Below are positions 49,524 through 59,836 of a DNA stretch of 64,000 bases, piece after piece (the stretch's first letter is position 1; every line of letters begins with the position of its first letter). Below the pieces are notes generated by a model, which did no database searches, was not told where the DNA came from, and saw nothing but the letters and a program-made list of their open reading frames with translations. The stretch spans positions 3,616,001 to 3,680,000 of the forward strand of contig OZ242383.1 in NCBI GenBank assembly GCA_965209155.1. The letters run 5' to 3'. This DNA is from a bacterium (GTDB lineage: Bacteria; SAR324; NAC60-12). A program made the position numbers and the translations under genes.

Positions 49524-49616
49524 TGTCATTCCTGGCTTGATCAGGAATCCAGGGGATTACCCTGGAACTCCTGGATCCCGGATCATCCCGGACCTGGATC
49601 CGGGAGCAGGATGACA
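49524..49616. repeat. REP doublet
   Basis: TGTCATTCCTGGCTTGATCAGGAATCC ... GGATCCGGGAGCAGGATGACA. Confidence 0.75.
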
Positions 49617-49764
49617 CTGAAGCTGTAAACGAACTTTCGCTAAAAAGTACTGGTCTTTGCATACTCAATGGATGTGAGCTCTAAGGCAACGTAGAAGACA
49701 ACGCAAAAAACAAGTGAGGTCTAACAGTAAATTTTTTCAAATCCCTGACCTGAGGAGGTGAGTC

Positions 49765-50202
49765 ATGTTTAAGAAACTGGATCATATAGGCGTCGGAACT
49801 GCTGATTTTGAGAGATTCATCAAATTCTATACGGAAATCCTGGGCTTCAAAGTTCGAGAGAGATGGAAAGTCAAACCGGGCACGGGCTCGTCGCAGGTGG
49901 ATGAGCTTGCCAATCTCGTCCTCGACGATGGCGCCGTGATAGAACTGTTTGGGTTCAACGAAAAGGGACCCGATCCCGAATACAACGGGCCACCATTCGA
50001 AGCAGGCTTTCGATTAATGGCCATCGAGGTGGAGGATATGCAAGAGACTGAGGAATATCTCACCAGTAAGGGAATCGAAGTCCACCATGCCCACAAGCTG
50101 AATCCAGCCAGGTGGATCAGGGACCCCGACGGCAATATGCTCGTCCTGTTTCCCTCGTTCGTGTATGAGAATTACAAGAAATATGACGAAGAATCGAAGT
50201 AG
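49765..50202 (+). CDS. VOC/glyoxalase family protein
   Basis: LDHIGV, FYTEILGF, IELF, IRDPDGN. Confidence 0.88.
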   Translation: MFKKLDHIGVGTADFERFIKFYTEILGFKVRERWKVKPGTGSSQVDELANLVLDDGAVIELFGFNEKGPDPEYNGPPFEAGFRLMAIEVEDMQETEEYLTSKGIEVHHAHKLNPARWIRDPDGNMLVLFPSFVYENYKKYDEESK

Positions 50203-50235
50203 AGTTCAACCCGGGGGCAAAGAAGAGGAGGGAGT

Positions 50236-51168
50236 ATGGAATTTGGAGTCCTAATCATCCCCAGTCGAACCACGTGGGACGAGATTCGCACATCAATAGA
50301 AACCATGGAAGCCGGGCGTTGGAACAGCCTTTGGTTTACCGATCACTTTGTGAATTCCGTCCGTGGATCCAAAGCTACCCCAGAGGAGGAGCAACTGACA
50401 GTATTTGAAGGGTATACTACTCTAGCAGTGGCCGCTGGCTTGACAAAAAGGCTCAAGCTCGGCCACTTGGTGCTGGGCAACCCTTACCGCAATCCGGCGC
50501 TGGTGGCGAAGATGGCCACGACGCTCGATCAAGCCTCTAAGGGCCGTTATACTCTGGGGCTCGGTGCCGGTTGGTTCCAGCGTGAGCACGAAGCTTATGG
50601 TTGGGTATTCCCGACCATGAAGGAACGGCAGGACCGCTTACAGGAAGCCTGTGAATTGATCCGCAAGCTCTTCACTGCCGATGGCCCTGTCGATTATAAC
50701 GGCCAGTATTACCAGCTGGACCAAGCCCCACTCTCCCCAGGATCTTACCAAAAACCGCACGTTCCCATTCTCGTGGGAGGAACGGGAGAACGCCGCACCT
50801 TACGGACTCTAGCGATGCATGGCGATATTTTCAATCTCGATGGTTGGGCCGGTCAGGGCATGACTTTCGAAGTGTATCAACACAAAATCGGGGTGCTGGA
50901 GCGACATTGCGAAAACGTGGGACGTGATCCTCAAGAGATCAAACACACCCTCCTGATCCCTTTGCATGTCACCGAAGACAAGGCCTCTCAGGAAGCCTTC
51001 CACAAAATGCTGGGGGCCGGGTCGATGACAGGGCCTCTCAATGAAATCATTGATCGCATCGGCAAATTCGTAGAGGCTGGAGTCGACGAGATCATGTTCG
51101 GCAATATTCCCACTGGTGATGTCGAAGCCTATCAGCGTGTGGAGGAAGAAATTGTTGCGACCTTTTGA
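50236..51168 (+). CDS. LLM-class flavin/F420-dependent oxidoreductase
   Basis: W.TDH, YRNPALVAKMATTLD..S.GR..LGLGAGW..REH.AYG, PILVGG.GE. Confidence 0.9.
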   Translation: MEFGVLIIPSRTTWDEIRTSIETMEAGRWNSLWFTDHFVNSVRGSKATPEEEQLTVFEGYTTLAVAAGLTKRLKLGHLVLGNPYRNPALVAKMATTLDQASKGRYTLGLGAGWFQREHEAYGWVFPTMKERQDRLQEACELIRKLFTADGPVDYNGQYYQLDQAPLSPGSYQKPHVPILVGGTGERRTLRTLAMHGDIFNLDGWAGQGMTFEVYQHKIGVLERHCENVGRDPQEIKHTLLIPLHVTEDKASQEAFHKMLGAGSMTGPLNEIIDRIGKFVEAGVDEIMFGNIPTGDVEAYQRVEEEIVATF

Positions 51169-51187
51169 AGGAAGAGGAGTACGAACG

Positions 51188-52030
51188 ATGAACATTCGCG
51201 TCTCACCAGAGGAACTTCGCGCCGATCGAATGTCGGCAGCCCACGTTGAAAGAGCGGCCGAGGCGATAGATACCGACGGCTACGTCATCATGGACAACGT
51301 CGTCGCCCATGAGCATCTTGACGTCCTGCGCGTCAAAATGACGGAAGACTCGCAGAAGCTCTTACGCGCCGAGAAGTGGGGCGGAGCGGGGAAGGTCAGG
51401 GGACATCTGCAGCAAGGTGCGCCGCCGATGGTGCCCTACGTTTTTCGTGATATTGTGTCCAATCCCTTCGTCATCCAGGTGACGAAGCGGGTCTTAGGCA
51501 ACGGTGTCACCGGCCCCGGCGGCAAGATGTTCAATAGCTTCTACGGCGGCAACACCAGCTGTCCCGGCAGCCAGGAGCAAGCGCTCCATCGTGACCATCC
51601 ACATCTCTGGCCCGATCTCGAGCAAGCGCACCCGCCTTTCGCACTCGCAATCAACATCTTTTTCGTGCAAGTGACCGAAGAAAATGGTGCCACCGAACTG
51701 TGGCCCGGATCGCACTTGAATACGAAGGCCTTCGACGAGGACAACATCGCCGCACAACGTCAGGTTGCGCCACCGGTTCGCGCGGAGACGGAGAAGGGCA
51801 GCATCGTGATTCGCGACATGCGCCTTTGGCACCGGGGTATGACGAACCATTCCAACGAATTCCGTCACATGATCAATATGAATCACAACATGTACTGGCG
51901 CGTACGCCGTCAGACGTTGCGCTTCGCGACCGGCTGTGAAGCAGCGTTCGACAGCACTGACCTGGACCACAATGCCGTGTTCACGGATGAGCCGATCGAC
52001 TATCTCACGGGGGAAACCGTGGGGGCGTGA
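51188..52030 (+). CDS. PhyH-like Fe(II)/2-oxoglutarate dioxygenase
   Basis: Q.LHRD, ENGATELWPGSH, RLWHRG..N. Confidence 0.88.
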   Translation: MNIRVSPEELRADRMSAAHVERAAEAIDTDGYVIMDNVVAHEHLDVLRVKMTEDSQKLLRAEKWGGAGKVRGHLQQGAPPMVPYVFRDIVSNPFVIQVTKRVLGNGVTGPGGKMFNSFYGGNTSCPGSQEQALHRDHPHLWPDLEQAHPPFALAINIFFVQVTEENGATELWPGSHLNTKAFDEDNIAAQRQVAPPVRAETEKGSIVIRDMRLWHRGMTNHSNEFRHMINMNHNMYWRVRRQTLRFATGCEAAFDSTDLDHNAVFTDEPIDYLTGETVGA

Positions 52031-52078
52031 GGGGCCGGGGGGGCCTAGCCGCTCATGCTAATCTATTTCAATTCCTGT

Positions 52079-52360
52079 TCAACGAGCCTGGACCAATAGC
52101 TCACCCCAAGCGGCTTCGACGAGCATTCCTCGCAGATCCGCTTTGCCGGAGCGAGTAATAGGGCTCATGCGAATCTGATTGGTGCGAAGGGTTACGTGAA
52201 AACTCTTCTTATGCACGTCAATGCCAACAAAAAGGATTTGGCCTGATAATGATTCAATGTTATTTTTTTTCATGACAGTCTCCTTTTAAAAGGGTTGTTT
52301 ATAGTTTGATAAACTTTATTATTATCACAACCCTCGGAGACTGTCTGGTTTACATAGTAA
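52079..52360 (-). mobile_element. Internally deleted IS110-family remnant with upstream non-coding end
   Basis: FVGIDVHK (DEDD N-terminus) fused in frame to ITRSG..DLR..LVEAAW (C-terminal domain); structured region 52274-52345. Confidence 0.75.
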
Positions 52361-52369
52361 CTATGTGGA

Positions 52370-53001
52370 CCTCATAGGCGGCATTTCAGGATTCGTTGGT
52401 GGTAAATTTGATCTGGCGGTGCAACGCTTTGTTGATGCCTGGATGGCTTTTCCGGGACTGTTGCTCTTGCTCATCGTCATGTCCATTGTGGGAAGGGGTC
52501 TCTTCCAGATCATCGTGGTGCTGGGGTTGTCGGAGGCATCAGCGGCTCCAGAGTCGTCTGAAGCGCCGTGATCGGTATCAAAGAAAATGTCTATTTTCTG
52601 CCAGCCCCGGCCGTGGGCACCCCCACAGCCCAAATCCTGGTCCACCATGTGCTGCCCAATATTATGGCACCCCTCATCATCATCTTCAGCATCAACATCG
52701 GGGGGGTGATTATGTCTGAAGCGTCGCTGAGCTTCCTGGAATTCGGTCTGCCCGTCGATTTTCCAGCTGGGGAGGGATGCTCAGCCGGGATGGGCGCAAA
52801 TACATGGAGGCCGCGCCTTGGTTAGCGCTCTGGCCGGGGCTTTGCCTGACGATTGTCGTCTACTCCCTCAACATGTTCGGCGACGCCGTGAGGAACCTGT
52901 TCGATCCCAGGCTGCGGGGCGAGCAGGGCAGTTACGGCACTGCTGTGGTGAAACGCAAACAAGGCTTCCTGGCCCGACTGATCAACCCTCTCAACGGGTA
53001 A
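52370..53001 (+). pseudogene. 5'-truncated, frameshifted DppC-like permease
   Basis: Close paralog of ~47220-47847, spread over three frames. Confidence 0.88.
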
Positions 53002-53088
53002 GGGCTTGTTACAAAATCAAAGAGGAGTAGGGCCATTGATAATTTGCGTGGTAATTGACGACCTCGATGTAAAGAGCGTTCCCAATTC

Positions 53089-53994
53089 TCATATCAAAAT
53101 GACGCAATCGTCATCGAAGGGTTCCAGCTTGTCCCCCACCCGATCTTTCTCATCGAAGCCCTGCAAGATTTCCAGGCCGACTCGTCTTTTTTCCTGATCC
53201 AGAGGAACATAGGGGAGACGGAATACCGGGGCGGTCGCGCCTGTCATGGCCAATGCCGTGTTCAAAGGGATGGGGTTGGGTTCACAAAAAAGCCAGGACA
53301 TCAGCGAACGGAGTTGTTCATTGAGCTGGGCGTCCTCGCTGTCCATCAAACGGCGCATCAGTCCGGGCACCACGTTACTCGTCACGGAAATCACTCCATT
53401 GGCGCCACTGTCATGGCGTGAGTAAAAACTGTCGTCGTCATTGCCTGACCAGCAACGGATTCCTTGTTCTGTGTACCCGGCAATCCTTTCCGGACCCTGG
53501 CACTCTTTGATTCCTTTAAAATTGGGATGTTTCGCCAATTCCAGCATCAACTCGGGCTGGAGATCCTGTCCGGTTCGACTGGGGACATTGTAGACAATTG
53601 CCGGTCCCAAATCGAAGACGCGCGCAAAATGAGCTTTCAATCCTTCACTGGAAGTTTTTCCATAGTAAGGATTGATTTGCAACGAGGCATGCATGCCCAC
53701 GGCAAATCCTTGTTTGGTGGCATGATCTGCCTCTCTCGTATTATTGCTTCCCGTATTTCCCACAATCACGAGTTGGTTTCCGAATTGATGAACACTGTGC
53801 GCGATCAACATGATGTGCTCATCCCAACTCATCAAGTGACCTTCGCCGGTGGTACCACCCACTATCAAACCTTCCACTCCATTTTTTACTTGTTGTTCGA
53901 CCAGAAAATCAAAAGTATCCAGGTCGATATCCCCATTGTTCTGATAGGGAGTTTTGATTGCTGTCAATAATCGTGTCGTATCTAATCTTTCCAT
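53089..53994 (-). CDS. dapA: 4-hydroxy-tetrahydrodipicolinate synthase (plant-type)
   Basis: TAIKTPY, GGTTGEG.LMSWDEHIMLI, GNTGSN.TREA, INPYYGKTS, YNVPSRTG, GIKEC, EPNPI. Confidence 0.93.
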   Translation of the reverse strand: MERLDTTRLLTAIKTPYQNNGDIDLDTFDFLVEQQVKNGVEGLIVGGTTGEGHLMSWDEHIMLIAHSVHQFGNQLVIVGNTGSNNTREADHATKQGFAVGMHASLQINPYYGKTSSEGLKAHFARVFDLGPAIVYNVPSRTGQDLQPELMLELAKHPNFKGIKECQGPERIAGYTEQGIRCWSGNDDDSFYSRHDSGANGVISVTSNVVPGLMRRLMDSEDAQLNEQLRSLMSWLFCEPNPIPLNTALAMTGATAPVFRLPYVPLDQEKRRVGLEILQGFDEKDRVGDKLEPFDDDCVILI

Positions 53995-54095
53995 AATTCT
54001 CTCCTTTAAGAATGAATACTCGAAGTTATGCTTTCTTTGGAAAAAAAGCAATGAGCAAATGAAATTGATGTCAATTGAATGACAAAGTGCTATTC

Positions 54096-55247
54096 ATGGA
54101 AAAAGCAGGTCCGATACAAACTCGCAACAAACCCGTGGGGAATCATTTGCATCAAGATTATCTATTTCGCATCGTCCGACCCTTTTTGTTCAAGCAAGAT
54201 CCGGAAAAAGTTCATGAACAGACGCTGTGGACAATACGGCAGGTTTACAAATTCTCTGGCATTCCCTGGTTGATGCAAAACATCTATGGATTCGAGCATC
54301 CTGCCCTGAAAACAGAATTGTGGGGAAAGTCCTTCCCCAATCCAATCGGAATGGCAGCAGGTTTTGATAAGAACGGCATGGTTTTCAATCCATTATTATC
54401 TCTTGGATTCGGATTTGTCGAAATAGGCACGGTGACACCCCTGCCGCAACCAGGAAACCCGAGACCGCGTCTTTTTCGCTGCGAGGAAGACCAGGCCCTG
54501 ATCAATCGTTTGGGGTTCAACAATCAAGGGGCGCAAGCCTTGCTTAAAAATTTACAAGGCACCCCTCCTCTAGGCATTCTTGGAATCAACATCGGAAAAA
54601 ATAAAGAGACCCCGCTAAAGGACGCTCACGTGGATTACGAATCGGTATTGAGGTCTGCGTATGAGCTGACGGATTATGTCGTGATCAACGTCAGTTCCCC
54701 CAATACGGAAAGATTACGCACTTTACAAGAACAAGAATCGCTGTTTCGCCTGATGAGCAAAGTGCTGCAGACTCGGAAAGAACTGGTCAAGCAGGGAAAG
54801 GCGCGCATACCTGTTTTACTCAAAATCGCGCCTGATCTGACGGATGAAATCTTTCGGGATATCATATCGGTCGTCGAGGTACTCGATATAGATGGTATTG
54901 TAGCCACGAACACTACTTTGACGCGTAATAATACAAACCATGCCCGCGTTGTCGGAGAAGCGGGAGGCTTGAGTGGAATCCCTTTGCAGGAACTTTCCAC
55001 TCAGGTGATCAGCCGGTTTTACCGGCACTTTGGAAAATCTATACCGATCATTGGGGTAGGAGGCGTTTTTACGGGCCGGGATGCTTATGAAAAAATTCGC
55101 GCAGGCGCCTCTTTGATCCAGGTTTATACGGGTATGGTCTACCGGGGACCGGGAACCGTGAAATATATCAAACAAGAATTGCTGCGTTTATTGGACCAGG
55201 ATGGTTTTTCTTCAGTCCGCCAGGCGGTGGGTGCCGACTTCAATTGA
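54096..55247 (+). CDS. pyrD: Quinone-dependent dihydroorotate dehydrogenase
   Basis: NPIGMAAGFDKNG, GTVTP.PQ.GNPRPRLFR, NVSSPNT, KIAPDL, GGLSG. Confidence 0.95.
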   Translation: MEKAGPIQTRNKPVGNHLHQDYLFRIVRPFLFKQDPEKVHEQTLWTIRQVYKFSGIPWLMQNIYGFEHPALKTELWGKSFPNPIGMAAGFDKNGMVFNPLLSLGFGFVEIGTVTPLPQPGNPRPRLFRCEEDQALINRLGFNNQGAQALLKNLQGTPPLGILGINIGKNKETPLKDAHVDYESVLRSAYELTDYVVINVSSPNTERLRTLQEQESLFRLMSKVLQTRKELVKQGKARIPVLLKIAPDLTDEIFRDIISVVEVLDIDGIVATNTTLTRNNTNHARVVGEAGGLSGIPLQELSTQVISRFYRHFGKSIPIIGVGGVFTGRDAYEKIRAGASLIQVYTGMVYRGPGTVKYIKQELLRLLDQDGFSSVRQAVGADFN

Positions 55248-56810
55248 TTCGAGCAGGAGGCGCGCTTCATTCAAGCTATGAATCAAGTTGGTAGCGCTCA
55301 AGAATGAGGAGGCAAGAGAAGGTTTCAAACAATCCCCCGCCGTCCCATGCAGGTATGCTCCGAGCAATGCTGCCTCTAAGGGAGGACATTGCTGAGCCAG
55401 GAAACTGCCGATTATGCCACTGAGCACGTCTCCGCTCCCTCCAGTGGCCATGCCTTCATGACCGGTTGGATTGATAAATATCGAACCATTGGCGTCACTG
55501 ATGACGGTATTCGCTCCTTTGAGCAGTAAAACCAGCCCCCAATCCATGGCATATCGACGAGTGACTTCGATACGATTTTTCTGAATTTCCGCAGTGGTGA
55601 GTCCACACAAACGGGATAGTTCCCGGGGATGGGGAGTGATGATCGTGGATGCGCTGCGTTTTTTCAGGATTTCGCAGTTGATGCAGTTCAAGCCGTCTGC
55701 ATCGATGAGCAGGGGTTTGCTTGTGGAAGCCACCAACTGACGGACGAATTTTACGGTTTCAGGCGCTTGTCCCAATCCACAACCGAGGACCACCGCATCG
55801 CGTTTTTCAATTTCAGAAACAACGAATTCCACATCCGAGGAAGTGAAATGGTGCGTAGAGTCTCCAAGCGGAGAAAGCGTCATCAGTTCAGGACATTGAC
55901 CCAAAAAGGCGTCACGCAATGCCTGGGGGACACAAGCCGTGACCAAACCACTGCCGTTCTTGATTGCCGCAAAAGACGTGAGCAAGACGGCCCCCGCCAT
56001 CCCGGAGGAGCCACAAACCGTGAGTAAATGGCCATACGTGCCTTTGTGCGCATCCACGACTCTTGCAGGAAGGAGTTGCCGTATGAATGCACGTGTGAGC
56101 AAAAAGACGGGCAAAGCTCCTTCGGGCCAGTGAGGTGGAATGGAAATATCACGGACAACCACCTTCCCTGCGTTTTGAGCTCCCGGATATTGAAAACACC
56201 CTTGTTTGCCCACTTGAAAGGTCAGCGTGTATTGACATCGCGCAGCCACCCCCATCGTTTGTCCTTGGTCCGAATGCACGCCGGATGGGAGATCGACCCC
56301 AATTTTGATCGCTTTGGAATTGGCATTGATGTCTTCAATCCAGTCTTTGAACGTTCCGGAAACCGGACGTTCCAGACCCGTACCGAAAATGGCATCGATG
56401 ATGAGGTCTGCACCCGCTACAAGAATTCGGGCGTGGGACCGGCTCTCTGAATCGGTATAGGAAACACTTTCGCCGAATTGCCTCCAGATTTTTTGATTTT
56501 GATTGGCATCGTTGGTTTTAGCCGTTCCTGCTTCGACTACGACGACGTCATAGTTGCGATTTTTCAACAGGCGAGCAATTGCGAATCCATCTCCACCATT
56601 ATTGCCTATTCCACAGCAGACTACGATTTTGGCTTCCTTTCTTTCTTGAATACAGTGTTCCTCTACCCAATCGGCCACGCTTCGCGCCGCATTTTCCATC
56701 AAAAGCAGACCGGGTATGCCCAAATGCTCGATAGCAAGACGCTCCATCTCAATCATTTCCGCTGCTGAGCAAAGTCTTTGCAATTGATGAATGGTGGGGG
56801 CTCTGAACAT
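55212..56810 (-). CDS. nnr: Bifunctional NAD(P)H-hydrate epimerase/dehydratase
   Basis: LMENA, GNNGGDG, DAIFGTG, DLPSG, HKGTYG, DADGL, TPHPRE, ATGGSGDVLSG. Confidence 0.93.
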   Translation of the reverse strand: MFRAPTIHQLQRLCSAAEMIEMERLAIEHLGIPGLLLMENAARSVADWVEEHCIQERKEAKIVVCCGIGNNGGDGFAIARLLKNRNYDVVVVEAGTAKTNDANQNQKIWRQFGESVSYTDSESRSHARILVAGADLIIDAIFGTGLERPVSGTFKDWIEDINANSKAIKIGVDLPSGVHSDQGQTMGVAARCQYTLTFQVGKQGCFQYPGAQNAGKVVVRDISIPPHWPEGALPVFLLTRAFIRQLLPARVVDAHKGTYGHLLTVCGSSGMAGAVLLTSFAAIKNGSGLVTACVPQALRDAFLGQCPELMTLSPLGDSTHHFTSSDVEFVVSEIEKRDAVVLGCGLGQAPETVKFVRQLVASTSKPLLIDADGLNCINCEILKKRSASTIITPHPRELSRLCGLTTAEIQKNRIEVTRRYAMDWGLVLLLKGANTVISDANGSIFINPTGHEGMATGGSGDVLSGIIGSFLAQQCPPLEAALLGAYLHGTAGDCLKPSLASSFLSATNLIHSLNEARLLLESIEVGTHRLAD

Positions 56811-56914
56811 GGTTGTAAACTCCGTATGAAGTCAATCTCGTAGTCTTTTTTCTGATCTGCTTTGTCCTTTGCCGTTAAAGTTCATTCACGCGTTGATGAC
56901 GATATGCCGTACAT

Positions 56915-57808
56915 TCAATTTCTATCCATTGATTGTAAATACGCGCGCCAGGAAGCAAATGTCGTTGTCAGCAAAATGATAGCACCTCCTGAAAGCGTTT
57001 TCCACGTCGGTACTTCACCAAGCAGCATGTACGCCAAAACCACTCCGTAGACTGGTTCCAGGCAAGTAAAAATGCTGGCCAACTGCGCCTTGATGTGGAT
57101 CAATCCACGAATAAAAAGAACATGTGAACTTGCCGTACAAAAAACACCCAACACTGCCAACAATAGAAAATCGCGGGATTGAAGATTCCAATCTGAAAAC
57201 ACGGCAAAGGGCAAAAGAAAGAGCATGGCAAACAGGTTCTGGTAAAATGCGATCATCAAGGGGGGATAGCGCTTCACATAATTTCTGTTCAACAGCGAAA
57301 GGACGGCAAACAGAAACCCGGAGACTATTCCCCACAACGCTCCTTTGGTATGTTGGTTGCTGAAATCAAATGCCGGTACCATCAACAGTGCGCCTGCCAT
57401 GACAAAAATCGTGTTGGCAATACCCATTCCCTGCATCTTCTCATTGAAAAAATAAGGCTCCATGAAGGTGATGAAGACCGGAAAAGTGGCAAAGGTCAAC
57501 AAACCGATCGCCACCGTGGACAGTTGGATTGAATGAAAAAACGCAATCCAATGCAACGCCAGGATTGCCCCCATCAGGGCCAGCATTCCTCGCTCGAACG
57601 CAGAAGAAAATGGACGAGAATCGCTGAAAAATCGTAAGACGAGATATAAAATGAGGGAAGCGAAAAAGGTACGACCCCAAACGATCACCAGGGGTGCCAC
57701 ACTGAGAAATTTTCCAAACAATCCGGTAAAACCAAAAAGCAGAACCGCTAAATGAATTTCAAGCAAACTGGCCGTTTTCCTGTTCATACCTGGCACGTCT
57801 TCCTTCAT
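56915..57808 (-). CDS. EamA/DMT family transporter
   Basis: About ten hydrophobic helices, HWIAFF.SI, LEPVYG. Confidence 0.85.
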   Translation of the reverse strand: MKEDVPGMNRKTASLLEIHLAVLLFGFTGLFGKFLSVAPLVIVWGRTFFASLILYLVLRFFSDSRPFSSAFERGMLALMGAILALHWIAFFHSIQLSTVAIGLLTFATFPVFITFMEPYFFNEKMQGMGIANTIFVMAGALLMVPAFDFSNQHTKGALWGIVSGFLFAVLSLLNRNYVKRYPPLMIAFYQNLFAMLFLLPFAVFSDWNLQSRDFLLLAVLGVFCTASSHVLFIRGLIHIKAQLASIFTCLEPVYGVVLAYMLLGEVPTWKTLSGGAIILLTTTFASWRAYLQSMDRN

Positions 57809-57881
57809 GCAGCCTCGACGATTGTCGTCTTGGAAAATTTCCAACGGCGATAAACGATTCTGCTTGTTGTCAATTTCCGGA

Positions 57882-58163
57882 TTATCTCCTCATTTCCTGT
57901 TGGACCTTTCTCATTTCCTGGAGGATTTCTTGAAAAACGCGATGAAGGCCTTCATTGGAAAGAGGACCTGCGTTCAAAAGGGAAAGATTCTCAAAAATCT
58001 GTTGCTCTCGTCCAGGAGCAAATACGTCCTGGTTTGCCTTTTTTTTGATTTTTCCTATTTCCAGGTTCAACTGCGCCCTTTGATTCAATAACCTGACCAA
58101 TTCACGGTCGATCGCATCAATTTTTCTCCTGTATTCTTCCAAGGCCGACGTGGTCAACTTCAA
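57882..58163 (-). CDS. Chorismate mutase type II (AroQ)
   Basis: LEEYRRKIDAID.ELV.LLNQRA, IG.IK, PGRE. Confidence 0.88.
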   Translation of the reverse strand: MKLTTSALEEYRRKIDAIDRELVRLLNQRAQLNLEIGKIKKKANQDVFAPGREQQIFENLSLLNAGPLSNEGLHRVFQEILQEMRKVQQEMRR

Positions 58164-58458
58164 TATCCAATGAAGGTTTCTGTTTCTCTTGAGGGTACTG
58201 CGTTAAAATTCCAAATATTGCCCCGCAATTCAAGTAAAAAAAGGAGACCGCTTTAATCATCATACCTCAGTTTGGATCAAGGGAGGCAAAAAAATCCTGT
58301 GCTTCGTCTGAAATTCTGATAAATGCCTTGAAAAAATTGAAGGAGGTATCGGATTATCAATCCTTTTGTGAGATGAGTATCGCCAGGATTTACTGGGGGG
58401 AAGGCGGAGGAGAGATACCCTCCATATCCGCCGCATCTTGGTAAAAAATAGTCAAAAA

Positions 58459-59322
58459 CTACGCAGGGCCATCGATCAATGCACGCGGGCCCTCCGTTAT
58501 TCCTGCTCCCATCTTCCCAAAGTGTCCGTCGTACGAAAACCATATTTTGAACCCCAACTGCTCTTTTGCAGCGTGCGGTATTAACTCCAAAGCCTCTGTT
58601 GTCGCGAGCACGTTGTTCTCCGCGGTTCGAAATTGGGTCCCCCACGTAGTCGTAGTGCATGAGGGTGCCAGTGCACGACTTCGCAAACCAGGTGCGGCCA
58701 TCAAGGAGAAGCACGTTTCCTGGAGAGAGTGCCAGCTCAATCATCCCATCCTCGAGGTGGGAAGAGGAACTCTCCACTGCGCTTGGGTTTCGGCCAGACA
58801 GATGCGATCCAGGGAGCAATCGGACTGTAGTGCAACTGTCACACTACCAACCCGCAGCCGCGGCAGTGCTGACTTGCGCTGAGGTGGCGGCATCCACCAC
58901 GAGTCTAAATGCAGTGGCCAAACCTGTATGCCATCCAGGTGAAACGGACATTGAAAGATCTGCATAATGAAGCGCTCACCGAGAACATGCTGGGCGATAC
59001 TGATAAACCAAGGGTGTTCCATCAGCTGCAAGAATTCATCTCCACGGTTCTGCAGGTTACCGAGCTGAGCCCTTCCTGGCGGCCCAGGCCGCTTGATGCC
59101 CTCAAATTTCCGTGGGCCACCAGACTGCTCCATAAGAAGGGCTGCATAATGCTTCACCTGCTCAGGCGACAATGCTTCTTGGAGCATGCAGTAGCCGTAA
59201 ATATCAATGTCGGATTTGGCCTGCTCGAGATCTGTCGTGAGTTTCGGCAACTTGGAGTAATCATCGATGAAAAGCCCACGCGTGGGGAACTCGAAGAATT
59301 CCTCTTGTTTCAGTTTTTTCAT
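58459..59322 (-). pseudogene. PhyH-like dioxygenase, frameshifted/deleted
   Basis: N-terminus (LHLD motif) in one frame, LPGSH...LLDGRTW in a second frame, C-terminus QFRTAEN back in the first; paralog at 63738. Confidence 0.75.
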
Positions 59323-59445
59323 TTCAGTTTTTTCAAAAAGAAATTGTTCATAAAAGAGATTCTTCTAGAGGGAAGCTCAATCGTTCCGGCGATGTATCTC
59401 AGCTATGCTATGGATTGACCAATACTTAACGCAAATAGATCCTTA

Positions 59446-59497
59446 AAAAATGGTAACTGTCCCCAGATTTTAAAAATGGTAACTGTCCCCAGATTTT
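59446..59497. repeat. 26-bp tandem repeat x2
   Basis: AAAAATGGTAACTGTCCCCAGATTTT twice. Confidence 0.85.
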
Positions 59498-59593
59498 AGA
59501 TTTTCATCGATTTGTGCTTTCCAAAGAATAAAGGTATATTGAATCTAGATTCATGTGGTTCATTAAAGTATCCTAGAAAGGAGGAAATTGCTC

Positions 59594-59836
59594 ATGAAAC
59601 GAACACGAGCCTATGAAGAAGTGATCGATTTTATTGCGGCGGGGGTGAGTCCCCAAAATCTCATTGATTTTGAACCTTCCCAGGAAGTCAGAACTTACGT
59701 TTCCGATCTGGTGGTCAAAGAAAAAACATCAGGACTCTCTTCTGAAGAAAAGTCAGAACTGGATCATTATATGGAACTCGAACATTTCATGAGATTAGCT
59801 AAAGCGCGCGCTTTACAATATCTGACCCATGAGTAG
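59594..59836 (+). CDS. Small helical protein, putative antitoxin
   Basis: GAGG RBS; overlaps the HNH gene; EE..ELD.Y..LEH.MRLAKARA. Confidence 0.65.
   Translation: MKRTRAYEEVIDFIAAGVSPQNLIDFEPSQEVRTYVSDLVVKEKTSGLSSEEKSELDHYMELEHFMRLAKARALQYLTHE

Noticed and set aside
55212..55247. pyrD/nnr convergent 36-bp overlap
   Set aside because: Short 3' overlaps are common and there is no evidence of function
58741..58743. In-frame TGA as selenocysteine or readthrough
   Set aside because: The conserved PhyH motifs (LPGSH, LLDGRTW) lie in another frame here, so frameshifts explain it
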